From contig JASGHK010000002.1 of assembly GCA_049841135.1 (NCBI GenBank), positions 863,116 to 927,115 of the forward strand: a DNA stretch of 64,000 bases, in the 5' to 3' direction. The notes beneath the pieces are model-generated. The model searched no databases, was not told the DNA's origin, and saw only the letters and a program-made list of their open reading frames with translations. The DNA is from Myxococcales bacterium (GTDB taxonomy: Bacteria > Myxococcota > Myxococcia > Myxococcales > UBA5297). The translations under genes and the position numbers were made by a program. How positions within the stretch are numbered: position 1 is the stretch's first letter; every line of letters begins with the position of its first letter. This document shows, piece after piece, positions 1 to 8,911 of the stretch.

Positions 1-341
1 CTCTCGATGCTCGCCCACTGCCGCGCCTGTGGCTTCACGCCCGCCTGGAGGCCGGCGGCGAACGCGTCGACGATCGCCGGGATCGGGCCGTCCAGCTCCT
101 CGACCGAGAGGACCGCCTCCAGCGTCTGCTTCGGGTCCCCGAATAGCGCCATGCCCACGGCCCACCCCACCACCTCGTCGGGCAGCCGGACGGGCTGCCC
201 CTGGAGCAGGTCGTACGCAAGGTCGAGCTGCCGTTCGGTCTGCCACGCGGCGAGAGGCCCGCGGCCCGTCCTCGCGTCGGCGAAGACGGCGCGCACGGGT
301 TCCGGCATGGCGGCTTCGAAGGGGGCGGAGTCGATGACCAT
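1..341 (-). CDS. hypothetical protein, 5' part only (continues past left edge)
   Basis: Absent from the ORF track because there is no stop inside the window. The reverse complement from the ATG at 339-341 reads MVIDSAPFEAAMPEPVRAVFADARTGRGPLAAWQTERQLDLAYDLLQGQPVRLPDEVVGWAVGMALFGDPKQ... Composition is protein-like and there is no stop down to base 1. Confidence 0.4.
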   Translation of the reverse strand, partial: MVIDSAPFEAAMPEPVRAVFADARTGRGPLAAWQTERQLDLAYDLLQGQPVRLPDEVVGWAVGMALFGDPKQTLEAVLSVEELDGPIPAIVDAFAAGLQAGVKPQARQWASIE

Positions 342-576
342 GGGGCATGGATACCGCCGGTCCCGGCGCAGCCCAAGCGTCAGCTCTGCATGGTGATTGT
401 CGGGCGGACACGCGGCGACGTCCCGCGCTGCGAAGGTCGCGCGCAGGGACTCAGCACCTTCTGCGCGCGGCGCGAGACGAGCAGGGCTTCGCGCATGGAA
501 CGCGCCGAGCCAGCGATGGCTGCTTCGCGCTGGCGCGGACTCCAGCGTGGAGGGCAGCGCCAACAGCCGCCGATGG

Positions 577-1320
577 CTAGCCCGACGCGGCGACCTTTCC
601 GGCGAGGCGCTGGAGCTTGTCGGCGGAGCGCTTCTTGAGCTCCTCGAGCGACGCCTGGACGCCCTGGAGCTTCTCGGCAGCGGCCGCGAGGGCGCCCTCG
701 CACTCCTTGGCTTGCGCGGAGTCGATGCCCGCCTGGACGAGGATCTCCGTGAGCGGGGCGGGCTCGATCTGTGCCATCAGCTTGCGCACCCGGCCCAGCG
801 CACGGTCGGGAGACACGGTGGCCGTGGCGGTTGCCGAGCGGGCGGATTTGCGGGGAGGGCGCAGCTTGCCTGCCTCCTTGTTGAGGCGCGCGACGGACCA
901 GGTCTCGTTCTGGGCCTGATCGAGGAGGGCGCGCTGCTGGTCGGGGGCGAGGCCGATGATCTCCTCGAAGTGGCTCACGCTGAGCGTGGGCCAGGGGTGG
1001 AAGTTGTCGAGCACCTTGGACAGCAGCAGCAGCTCGATGGCGTTGTGTAGCTTCGCGCGCCCCCACCCTCCCTCTGCCATTCCCTTCTGGCCCGCAAGAT
1101 CGGCGAGCGAGTCGGTCTTGTTTCCAGCCATGGAGCGAAACGCGTCCTCGGAGGAGCGGAAGAGATTGATGAAGAGGTAGCGGCCGATGGTCAAGGTGGT
1201 GCGGACGCCGCCCGCCGCACTCTCGCGCAGGACGCCATGGGCAAGCTTGCGCAGAAGCTCAGGCGTGACCCTGACGGGCGGGGCGACGGTCTTCTTCACA
1301 GGCATGGCTTCCCCCTTCAT
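577..1320 (-). CDS. hypothetical DNA-binding-like protein (ParB/KorB-type HTH resemblance)
   Basis: 247-aa ORF. The segment LHNAIELLLLSKVLD..LSVSHFEEIIGLAPDQQRALLDQAQNETWSVARLNKEA follows the pattern of the ParB HTH plus following helices (xLLxL...LSxGHxxxLxxL..D..Q..L......WSVRxxE). The C-terminus looks coiled-coil. This is a reading by eye, not a search. Confidence 0.55.
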   Translation of the reverse strand: MKGEAMPVKKTVAPPVRVTPELLRKLAHGVLRESAAGGVRTTLTIGRYLFINLFRSSEDAFRSMAGNKTDSLADLAGQKGMAEGGWGRAKLHNAIELLLLSKVLDNFHPWPTLSVSHFEEIIGLAPDQQRALLDQAQNETWSVARLNKEAGKLRPPRKSARSATATATVSPDRALGRVRKLMAQIEPAPLTEILVQAGIDSAQAKECEGALAAAAEKLQGVQASLEELKKRSADKLQRLAGKVAASG

Positions 1321-1414
1321 GCGACTGACCTCGGCGGGTCCGGTCGCGGTGCATTGTGGAGCCTACTCATACGCGGAGTCCCGAGAGGACGGCAAGGTCC
1401 GGACGGTGGATACG

Positions 1415-1571
1415 AGGGAGGACCTGCTCCACGTGGATCAGGTGCTTTGGCGTGGAGCAGGTCTCGGGCCTGTCGCGGCGGGCGGGATTCCAGATGGAGG
1501 GACCTGCTCCACGTGGATCAGGTGCTTTGGCGTGGAGCAGGTCTCGAGTCGGTCGCGGCGGGCGAGATTCC
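1415..1571 (+). repeat. 80-bp tandem repeat array, left part (about 2 units), interrupted by IS66
   Basis: Unit GGACCTGCTCCACGTGGATCAGGTGCTTTGGCGTGGAGCAGGTCTCGAGTCGGTCGCGGCGGGCGGGATTCCAGGGGGAG. Each unit carries a 10-bp stem, CTGCTCCACG / CGTGGAGCAG, around a 17-nt loop. The second unit is cut at GAGATTCC by the IS. Confidence 0.9.
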
Positions 1572-1651
1572 GTACGTCCTCGCCCGTCCCCGTCTCGTAG
1601 CCTTCGCCAGGCCGCGGTATTCGCGCGTGAACTCCCAAGGAGGCACGCGCG

Positions 1652-2008
1652 ATGGACGTGAAGCAACGGGCGGAGCGGGTCAGGCAGCAGCGGGAGCAGT
1701 TCGGGCATGCGTCCGGACTGCGGCCCCTGCCTGAGGAACTGCGACAGGAAGCGGTGGCGTGCTATCGCGCCCTGCTGGCGACGGGCGAGAGCGCCCAGGC
1801 AGCCGCGGACCGGCTTGGGCTCGGGGCACTGACGCTGGGGCGGTGGAGCAGGCGGGAACGCGCGCTGCTCGCTCCAGTCGTCGTGGAAGACGAGCCCGTC
1901 GCTGCTGTTCCCGTTCCGAGCCGCCTGGTCGTGCATGGGCCGCGCGGGCTTCGCATCGAGGGGCTCGACGTTGCCGAGCTCGCGGAACTGCTGCGGAGGC
2001 TCGCGTGA
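1652..2008 (+). CDS. tnpA: IS66 accessory protein TnpA (Orf1)
   Basis: 118-aa first ORF of the element. Its stop overlaps the next start (GTGA at 2005-2008), as is usual for IS66 orf1/orf2. Confidence 0.8.
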   Translation: MDVKQRAERVRQQREQFGHASGLRPLPEELRQEAVACYRALLATGESAQAAADRLGLGALTLGRWSRRERALLAPVVVEDEPVAAVPVPSRLVVHGPRGLRIEGLDVAELAELLRRLA

Positions 2009-2394
2009 TCGGCTCGACTCGGCAGATCTCGGTGTTCGCCTGCGGAACGCCGACGGACATGCGCAAGTCGTTCGACAGCCTGCACGCGCTCGTCTCGCTG
2101 CAGCTCAAGCGCGACGCGCTTTCGGGCGACATGTTCCTGTTCGTGAGCAAGAACCGACGGCGGGCAAAGGTGCTCTTTTGGGACGGCACCGGCCTGTGCA
2201 TCTTCGCCAAGCGGCTCGAGAACCAGCTCTTCGCTGCTCCGTGGAAACGGCTGGGGCCAGACGGGGTGATGCGGATGACGACGAGCGAGCTGGCGCTCTT
2301 CCTGGAGGGCAGCGAGCTGGTCGGCAGGGTCGCGCTGAGCCCGGCGCCGTTCACGCTCGCGGCGCAGGCGAAAGCTTCCCCGGCGAGCGGTTGA
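2005..2394 (+). CDS. tnpB: IS66 Orf2 / TnpB
   Basis: GTG start inside ORF 1759..2394. The sequence VFACGTPTDMRKSFDSLHALV...MFLFVSKNRRRAKVLFWDGTGLCIFAKRLE matches the conserved IS66 Orf2 block. Confidence 0.85.
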   Translation: MIGSTRQISVFACGTPTDMRKSFDSLHALVSLQLKRDALSGDMFLFVSKNRRRAKVLFWDGTGLCIFAKRLENQLFAAPWKRLGPDGVMRMTTSELALFLEGSELVGRVALSPAPFTLAAQAKASPASG

Positions 2395-2427
2395 CCTTCG
2401 CCCCTCATGCGTTAGCTTGGTCGCGCT

Positions 2428-3939
2428 TTGGTCTCCCTTGAGCGCGAGAAGAACATCGAGGTGCTGCGGCAAGCGGCGATACTCCTCGAGGCCGAGAACC
2501 GGCACCTGCACCGGCGCATCGCCGAGGTGCTCGCCGAGCTGACCGCGCTCAAGGGCGGCGACACCAAGGCGCTGCAGCTCGAGCTCGAGAAGCTGCAGCG
2601 GCAGCTCGCGCTCCAGAACGAGAAGCTCTTCGCGCCCTCGTCGTCGGAGCGCCGCGGCGAGCCGACCTCGGCGGCGAAAAAGCCGCAGACGGGTCACGGC
2701 CGCCGGGAGCAGCCGGCCCTGCCGTCCATCGAGCGCATCTGGGCGCTCGGCGAGGACCAGCTCCAGTGTGAAAAGTGCGGCGGGACGCTCAATCCGATGA
2801 AGGGCGAGTTTGAGCCCTCCGAGGAGATCACTGTCGTCCACCGCCGCTTCGAGCTGCACAAGCACCTGCGGCAGAAGTACCGCTGCTCCTGCAACGAGTG
2901 CATCGTCACCGCGCCCGGCCCGCTCAAGCTCTTCGAGGGGGCGCGCTACTCCATCGACTTCGCCATCGGCATCGCCGTGGACAAGTACACCGACCACCAG
3001 CCGCTGGAGCGGCAGTGCCGCGCCATGAAGCGCGACGGACTGGTGACCGACTCCCAGACGCTGTGGGACTACCTCGAGGCGCTGGCGGCGGTCCTCGAGC
3101 CGCTACGACCGCGGCTGCGGGCGCTGGTGCTGACAGACGCCGTGGTCCACGCCGACGAGACGCGCTGGCGCAAGATGGCTGCGCGCGGCGAGAAGGGCAG
3201 CGAGTGGTGGTACGACTGGACCATCTGCTCGAGCCGCGCGGTCTACCACCACATCGACCCCTCGCGCGGCGCGCAGGTGGCCCGCGAGCTGCTGGCCGGC
3301 TATCGCGGCACGGTGATGGCTGACGGCTACAGCGTCTACTCGAGCTTGGCGCAGTCGCGTGACGGCCCCAGCTTCCGGCTCGCTTCTTGCTGGCCGCATG
3401 CGCGCCGAAAATTCCTGGAGGTCGAGAAGAACTTTCCGCAGCCGGTCTCGGAGATCCTGGGACTGATCGCAGAGCTCTATCGAATCGAGGGCGAGGTCGC
3501 TTCCAATGGCGCCGAGGGCCTGGCTCAGCGCGCCCGTCTGCGCGCGGAGAAGTCCACCCAGGTCATCGAGGACATCGAGCGGTGGGGAAACCGGACGCTC
3601 GCGATGGTGCTGCCGTCGAGCGGCCTGGCCGAGGCGATCAAGTACATGCAGGGCCAGTGGAAGGGGCTGACGGTCTTCCTGGCTGACCCGCTCGTGCCGC
3701 TCGACAACAACTTCGCCGAACGCTCGCTGCGCGGCGTGGTGCTCGGGCGCAAGAACCACTACGGCTCTCGATCCGAGCGCGGCGCTGAGGTGGCGGCGCT
3801 GATGTACACGCTGATGGAGACCTGCAAGCTCCACCGCGTAGACCCGCGCGCCTACCTCAAGGCTGCGGTCATCGCGCGCCTCACGCACCAGCCAATGCCG
3901 CTGCCGCACGAGCACGCGGCCGCCGTGCCCCAGCCCTGA
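2428..3939 (+). CDS. tnpC: IS66-family DDE transposase TnpC
   Basis: 503 aa. N-terminal heptad/leucine-zipper-like region, a CEKCGG...C..C zinc motif, then the conserved core (HADETRW..., VMADGYSVY, LASCWPHARRKF, NNFAERSLRGVVLGRKN). Confidence 0.92.
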   Translation: MVSLEREKNIEVLRQAAILLEAENRHLHRRIAEVLAELTALKGGDTKALQLELEKLQRQLALQNEKLFAPSSSERRGEPTSAAKKPQTGHGRREQPALPSIERIWALGEDQLQCEKCGGTLNPMKGEFEPSEEITVVHRRFELHKHLRQKYRCSCNECIVTAPGPLKLFEGARYSIDFAIGIAVDKYTDHQPLERQCRAMKRDGLVTDSQTLWDYLEALAAVLEPLRPRLRALVLTDAVVHADETRWRKMAARGEKGSEWWYDWTICSSRAVYHHIDPSRGAQVARELLAGYRGTVMADGYSVYSSLAQSRDGPSFRLASCWPHARRKFLEVEKNFPQPVSEILGLIAELYRIEGEVASNGAEGLAQRARLRAEKSTQVIEDIERWGNRTLAMVLPSSGLAEAIKYMQGQWKGLTVFLADPLVPLDNNFAERSLRGVVLGRKNHYGSRSERGAEVAALMYTLMETCKLHRVDPRAYLKAAVIARLTHQPMPLPHEHAAAVPQP

Positions 3940-4034
3940 CCACTACGCCGCCGGCGCGCGGCGCCGGCCTCGCACGCGCGCGCGAATACGCGCCCCTGGC
4001 GCCCTCCGCCAGACGGGGACGGGCGAGGACGTAC

Positions 4035-4446
4035 GAGATTCCAGGGGGAGGGACCTGCTCCACGTGGATCAGGTGCTTTGGCGTGGAGCAGGTCTCGAGT
4101 CGGTCGCGGCGGGCGGGATTCCAGGGGGAGGGACCTGCTCCACGTGGATCAGGTGCTTTGGCGTGGAGCAGGTCTCGAGTCGGTCGCGGCGGGCCGGATT
4201 CCAGAGGGAGGGACTTGCTCCACGTGGATCAGGTGCTTTGGCGTGGAGCAGGTGCTTTGGCGTGGAGCAGGTCTCGAGTCGGTCGCGGCGGGCAGGATTC
4301 CAGAGGCAGGGACCTGCTCCACGTGGATCAGGTGCTTTGGCGTGGAGCAGGTCTCGAGTCGGTCGCGGCGGGCAGGATTCCAGAGGCAGGGACCTGCTCC
4401 ACGTGGATCAGGTGCTTTGGCGTGGAGCAGGTCTCGAGTCGGTCGA
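4035..4446 (+). repeat. 80-bp tandem repeat array, right part (about 5 units, one with an internal 17-bp duplication)
   Basis: Resumes exactly where the left part was cut (GAGATTCC|AGGGGGAGGGACCTGCTCC...). Units start at about 4051, 4131, 4211, 4310 and 4390. The array decays into unique sequence after GTCTCGAGTCGGTCG at about 4446. Confidence 0.9.
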
Positions 4447-4701
4447 CGTCCTCGTCGCCAAGGACCAGGACCCGGAGCTGGTGAAGAACCCGCTGAGCGT
4501 CAGCTTCGGCGGTGCCAACATCAAGTTCCCGCTGAAGATGGGCAAGGGCGACAAGATGGCATCGACACTACACGGCTCGCACCTCTTCCCGAACACCGCG
4601 AGCCTTCGCTCGGCCCACGCGCGGGAAGTTCGTTCTCCCGGCGAGGCCGCTGCCCGTGTTCGGTCTGCCGGCCGCGGCGCTTGGATGGCATAGTGTCGCG
4701 C

Positions 4702-6282
4702 ATGCGACTCCTTGCCCTCGCCCCCGTGCTGGCCTCCCTCCTCGCGGCCGCTTCCTGCGGCCAGCCCCCGAGCACCGACCCTGCCGCAGATGCTGCCGAG
4801 CCGGGCCTCGACGCCGACCAACCTGCCGAGGAACGCGACGGAGGCAGCACCTCGCGCCCGGACGCACGGTCGTCCTGGGACGCCTCCCGACCCGATGCCG
4901 GCCCCCAGCGGCCCGACGCCGCTGCCAGCGGCTCCGATGCCGCCGCCAGCGGCCCCGACGCGTCCGCCAGCGGCCCCGACGCGTCCGCTCCGGTCCCCGC
5001 CACTCGGTTCGCGGCGAGCGGGCTGCAGTGGAACGTCCCCACGGCGGGCGAGTACGACTGGAAGGTCTACGAGACCTACTCCCGCCACTCCGTCGTCGAC
5101 ATGGACGGCGACGGCCGGCCCGACTTCGTCGACTCCGCCGACGTGTCGGGCGGCAGCACCGTCGTCTGGGGAAGCGGCGGCCAGCAGTACTGGAAGGTCT
5201 ACAAGAACAATGGGAGCGGCTTCGACGCCGTCCCGCTGACGTGGAAGATCCCCACGGCCGGCGAATACGACTGGAAGATCTACGAGACCTACTCGCGCCA
5301 CGCCCTCGTCGACATGGACGGCGACGGCCGGCCCGACTTCGTCGACTCCGCCGACGAGTCCGGCGGCAACACCGCCGTCTGGGGCAGCGGCGGCCAGCAG
5401 TACTGGAAGGTCTACAAGAACAACGGCAGCGGCTTCGACGCCGTCCCGCTGACGTGGAAGATCCCCACGGCGGGCGAGTACGACTGGAAGGTCGACGAGA
5501 GCTACTCCCGGCACGCCGTCCTCGACATGGACGGCGACGGCCGGCCCGACTTCGTCGACTCCGCCGACGAGTCCGGCGGCAGCACCGCCGTCTGGGGAAG
5601 CGGCGGCCAGCAGTACTGGAAGGTCTACAAGAACAACGGCAGCGGCTTCGACGCCGTCCCGCTGACGTGGAAGATCCCCACGGCGGGCGAGTACGACTGG
5701 AAGGTCAACGAGACCTACTCTCGCCACTCTCTCGTCGACATGGACGGCGACGGCCGGCCCGACTTCGTCGACTCCGCCGACGAGTCCGGCGGCAGCACCG
5801 CGATCTGGGGAAGTGGCGGCCAGCAGTACTGGAAGGTCTACAAGAACAACGGCAGCGGCTTCGACGCCGTCCCGCTCACCTGGGCGATCCCCACGGCCGG
5901 CGAATACGACTGGAAGACCTACGACTCCTACTCCCGCCACTCCGTCCTCGACATGGACGGCGACGGCCGTCCCGATTTCGTGGACTCCGCCGACCAATCC
6001 GGCGGCAGCACCGTCGTCTGGGGAAACGGCGGCCTGCAATTCTGGAAGGTCTACAAGAACACCGGGACGGGCTTCGCCGCCGTCCCGCTGCAGTGGATGA
6101 TTCCGACCGCCGGCGAATACGACTGGAAGGTCGACGACAGCTACTCCCGCCACGCCGTCCTGGATCTGAACGGGGACCACCGGGCGGACTTCGTGGACTC
6201 CGAGGACGAGACCACCGCCGGCGCCAGCGACGTGCGCAAGACTGGGACGCAGCAGTTCTGGAAGGTGTTCCTGGGCGAGTAG
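4702..6282 (+). CDS. lipoprotein with six 71-aa FG-GAP/VCBS-like repeats (probable beta-propeller)
   Basis: ATG at 4702 inside ORF 4078..6282 gives MRLLALAPVLASLLAAASC (signal peptide plus lipobox). A Pro/Asp/Ala-rich linker follows. Six 213-bp repeats then begin at 5101, 5314, 5527, 5740, 5953 and 6166, each with DMDGDGRPDFVDS (Ca-binding DxDGDG) and YWKVYKNNGSGF. Confidence 0.85.
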   Translation: MRLLALAPVLASLLAAASCGQPPSTDPAADAAEPGLDADQPAEERDGGSTSRPDARSSWDASRPDAGPQRPDAAASGSDAAASGPDASASGPDASAPVPATRFAASGLQWNVPTAGEYDWKVYETYSRHSVVDMDGDGRPDFVDSADVSGGSTVVWGSGGQQYWKVYKNNGSGFDAVPLTWKIPTAGEYDWKIYETYSRHALVDMDGDGRPDFVDSADESGGNTAVWGSGGQQYWKVYKNNGSGFDAVPLTWKIPTAGEYDWKVDESYSRHAVLDMDGDGRPDFVDSADESGGSTAVWGSGGQQYWKVYKNNGSGFDAVPLTWKIPTAGEYDWKVNETYSRHSLVDMDGDGRPDFVDSADESGGSTAIWGSGGQQYWKVYKNNGSGFDAVPLTWAIPTAGEYDWKTYDSYSRHSVLDMDGDGRPDFVDSADQSGGSTVVWGNGGLQFWKVYKNTGTGFAAVPLQWMIPTAGEYDWKVDDSYSRHAVLDLNGDHRADFVDSEDETTAGASDVRKTGTQQFWKVFLGE

Positions 6283-6738
6283 GCGACCCTCACCTCGCCG
6301 CGTCCACGAACGCGCCGATCCTCAGGAAGGCGTCGAGCATCCTCCGCGGACGGCCACCTGCACGGCTTGGGAAGCCGGACCCGAAATGCCCCTTCCGATG
6401 GGAGGATGGTGCGTGGCCACGAGGATGACGGCTGCACGCGCTTGAAGCTCGTCGTTCGCAACCCCAACTGCGCCGAGCAAACCGCGAACCTCATCGACTG
6501 GGGCGCGAATCCCACCTGGTCCTTGCAGGACGCGAGCGACGAGGACGTGCCGAAGGACGAGCAGCCGGCGCTGGGCCGCATCCGCTTGAGCCAGGCGGCG
6601 GTCGTGTGGAAGCGACTCGGCCTCTGATCTCGGCTGCTCTCCGACACGAGCCGCTCCTCCGAGTGACTGGTCCGCCGGAGCCGATCCGTCGTGCTCGATG
6701 CCGAGCGCTCCTGTTGAAGGCGAGCCGACGCGCCGTCC

Positions 6739-8911
6739 TCAGCGTGCGCGCAGCACGAAGGCGCGAGAGCGCGACTGGTCCGCCTGCCCGTCGGTGCAGA
6801 GGATCTGGCCCTGCTCGTCGATGCCGTGGGCGGTGAGGAGGACGAACGGGGAAGGCGCGATGGCCTCGTTGAGGTTGAGGATCCGGCCGTCGCGATAGGC
6901 GAAGGCGAAGGTCTCGTACTGATCGCCATCGTAGTCGGGCTTGTTGTAGACGTTGCCCACGACGACGCCGGCATCGTTGAGGCCGGTGGCGGAGGTCCAG
7001 GGCAGCCCGGGGAGCGCTCCGAGATCGCGCAGCGTGACGCCGTCGTGGAAGAAGGCGTGCGTCTTGCTGTCGCTGGGGACGAGCTGCGACATGCCCGCGG
7101 TCTGCCCCTTGCCGTTGATGGCCTGGGCGCGCGCGAACCTGCCGCCGAGCGAGCCGAGGTCGCGGAGGGCCTGCCCGTCGAAGAGAAAGGCGTGTCGCCC
7201 GCCGTCCGAGAGCTGGGACTGGCCGGCGACCTGTCCGAGCGGGTTGATGGCGAAGGAGAGCGTCTCGGCGCCTCCCAGGCTGCCGAGGTCGCTCATGGCG
7301 CCCTCGCGATAGAGGAAGCCGCGGTACTCGCCTGAGGCGAGGGTGGAGTCGCCGGCGACCGTCCCCGCTTCGTTGATCGCCTTCGCGGCGCTGGACAGGC
7401 CGCCCAGCGTGCCGAGGTCTCGCCGGGCATCGCCGACGATGAGGAAGGCCCGCGGCGGCTGGCCGGGGGCGGCCTCCTCGTACCCGACGACCTCGCCCTT
7501 GGAGTTGAAGCCCGTGGCGACGGTCTTCCATGAGCCGCCGGGCAGGACGTAGCGGACCGTGGCGTCGCCGTCCCAGATCCAGGGGCCCTGCGCGGAGTTG
7601 CCGAGCACCTTGCCCGTGCGATCCATCGCCACCGCGCCACCGTCGACGGGTCCCGGGACCTCCACCACGTCGTAGAGCGGCGCCCGGGGCGCGGCCGGCA
7701 GGGAGGGAACGCTCTCGGGCAAGGCGGGGCCCCCGGACAGCAGCGACACCATGCCTGCAGCCCGCGCTCCGAGCTGCGTGTCCCGCAGGTAGGGGGAGAG
7801 CCGGTCCGCTCCGTCGCTCCCAGGGGCGATGGGCCGCATCGGATTGACGTGGAAGAACCCCTGCGCGGAGGCGGTCTCGCTCGAGTGGCAGCCGTTGCAG
7901 GTCCGTACCGCCAGGGCGTGCCTGAGCGGCGCGTCGATCTCCGGGTTCTGGCGGAACTGCCAGGCGCCGAGCTCGGACGCCGCCCCGGCGAGCATGCCCT
8001 CGGGCAGCTCGTGGCGGCCGCTGCGCACGACGTCCGCGTGGGCGAGGACGAAGTCGGCCAGTTCGGAGGACCCGTTGAGCCCGTCGTGGGGCGTCTGCGG
8101 CAGCCGCACCGGTCGCAGGAAGGGCTGGCCGCCAGCCGGATCGAGGATCCATTGGCGCAGCTGCCAGGTCGCGCCGAAGCGGGCCTCGTTGGAGCGAAGC
8201 TGCGACAGCGGGTTGCCGTTCGCCCCAGCCGGGTCGAGCCCCGCGGACGTGAAGGCGCGCGTGAGCGTCTCCAGCGCCGCGTTGAACTCCTCTCCGAACG
8301 GGAGGCCGGCCAGCGCGTGCCAGCGGCGGGCCCACTCGCGGCGGTCGTCGGAGGTGCCCAGCGTGGGCAGCCGGTACTCGAAGGCGATGGCCATCAGGTC
8401 GGGGGCGCCGGTCACTCGGTCGACCAGGCCGAAGACGAGGCGGCCTTCGCCGTTGGGGCTGGAGTCGAGGTCGATCCGGTTGACGATGGCGAGCAGGCGG
8501 AAGGGCGCCTGCGAGAGGTCCAGCGACCCGTCCGCGGCCCGCGGCCAGGCGCTCGCGTTCTGGGATCCGAGGAGATCCTCCACGCCCCGGCGGTCCTCGA
8601 CCGCGACCCCCTCCACCTCGGCCTGCCGGAGCGTCCGCAGCCAGGCCTCCGCAAAGTCGCCGGGCTTGTTGCCGGGAGGCGCCATCTGCTCCACCAGAAA
8701 GCGGAAGCTCCAAGGCCCACCGGCGGCGTTCGAGGCTCGCCGGTCGAGCATCACGCTCGAGTCGACGATCGCGAGCTTCCTTGTAGGGCGCGACGATGGC
8801 CGGCCCGCCTCCGCCAGCGTCGGGAGAGCCGCTCGCCCCTGGGCGTCCGCTGCACCCGATCTCCAGGGACCCGACCAGGGCCATCATCGCGACCACGACG
8901 CCGAAACGCAT
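6739..8911 (-). CDS. HAF-repeat extracellular protein with CxxCH-containing N-domain; apparent +1 frame break near 8773-8779
   Basis: ORF 6739..8754 has C-terminal repeats of the HAF type (RHAFLFDGQALRDLGSLGG, THAFFHDGVTLRDLGALPG, RGFLYREGAMSDLGSLGG) and a CNGCH motif. The only signal peptide (MRFGVVVAMMALVGSLEIGCSG..) lies in another frame starting at 8911. Both frames are open across GAGCTTC at 8773-8779, and removing one base joins ..AIVAPYKE to LAIVDSSVMLDRR.. Confidence 0.7.

Larger units (their letters stand above)
1572..4034 (+). mobile_element. IS66-family insertion sequence, complete (2463 bp)
   Basis: Terminal inverted repeat GTACGTCCTCGCCCGTCCCCGTCT at 1572-1595, with its exact reverse complement at 4011-4034. 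An 8-bp direct repeat GAGATTCC flanks the element (1564-1571 and 4035-4042), which is the target-duplication length expected for IS66. It carries the three-ORF tnpA/tnpB/tnpC layout. Confidence 0.92.

Noticed and set aside
1415-4446. Possible CRISPR array or leader in the 80-bp repeats.
   Set aside because: Same reason: full-length units are near-identical and there are no spacers. The only insert is the IS66 element.
6367-6627. 86-aa + strand ORF between the convergent FG-GAP and HAF genes (..HEDDGCTRLKLVVRNPNCAEQTANLIDWGANPTWSLQD..).
   Set aside because: It is short, has no ribosome-binding context or motif, and sits in a convergent-terminator region. It is kept only as a note.
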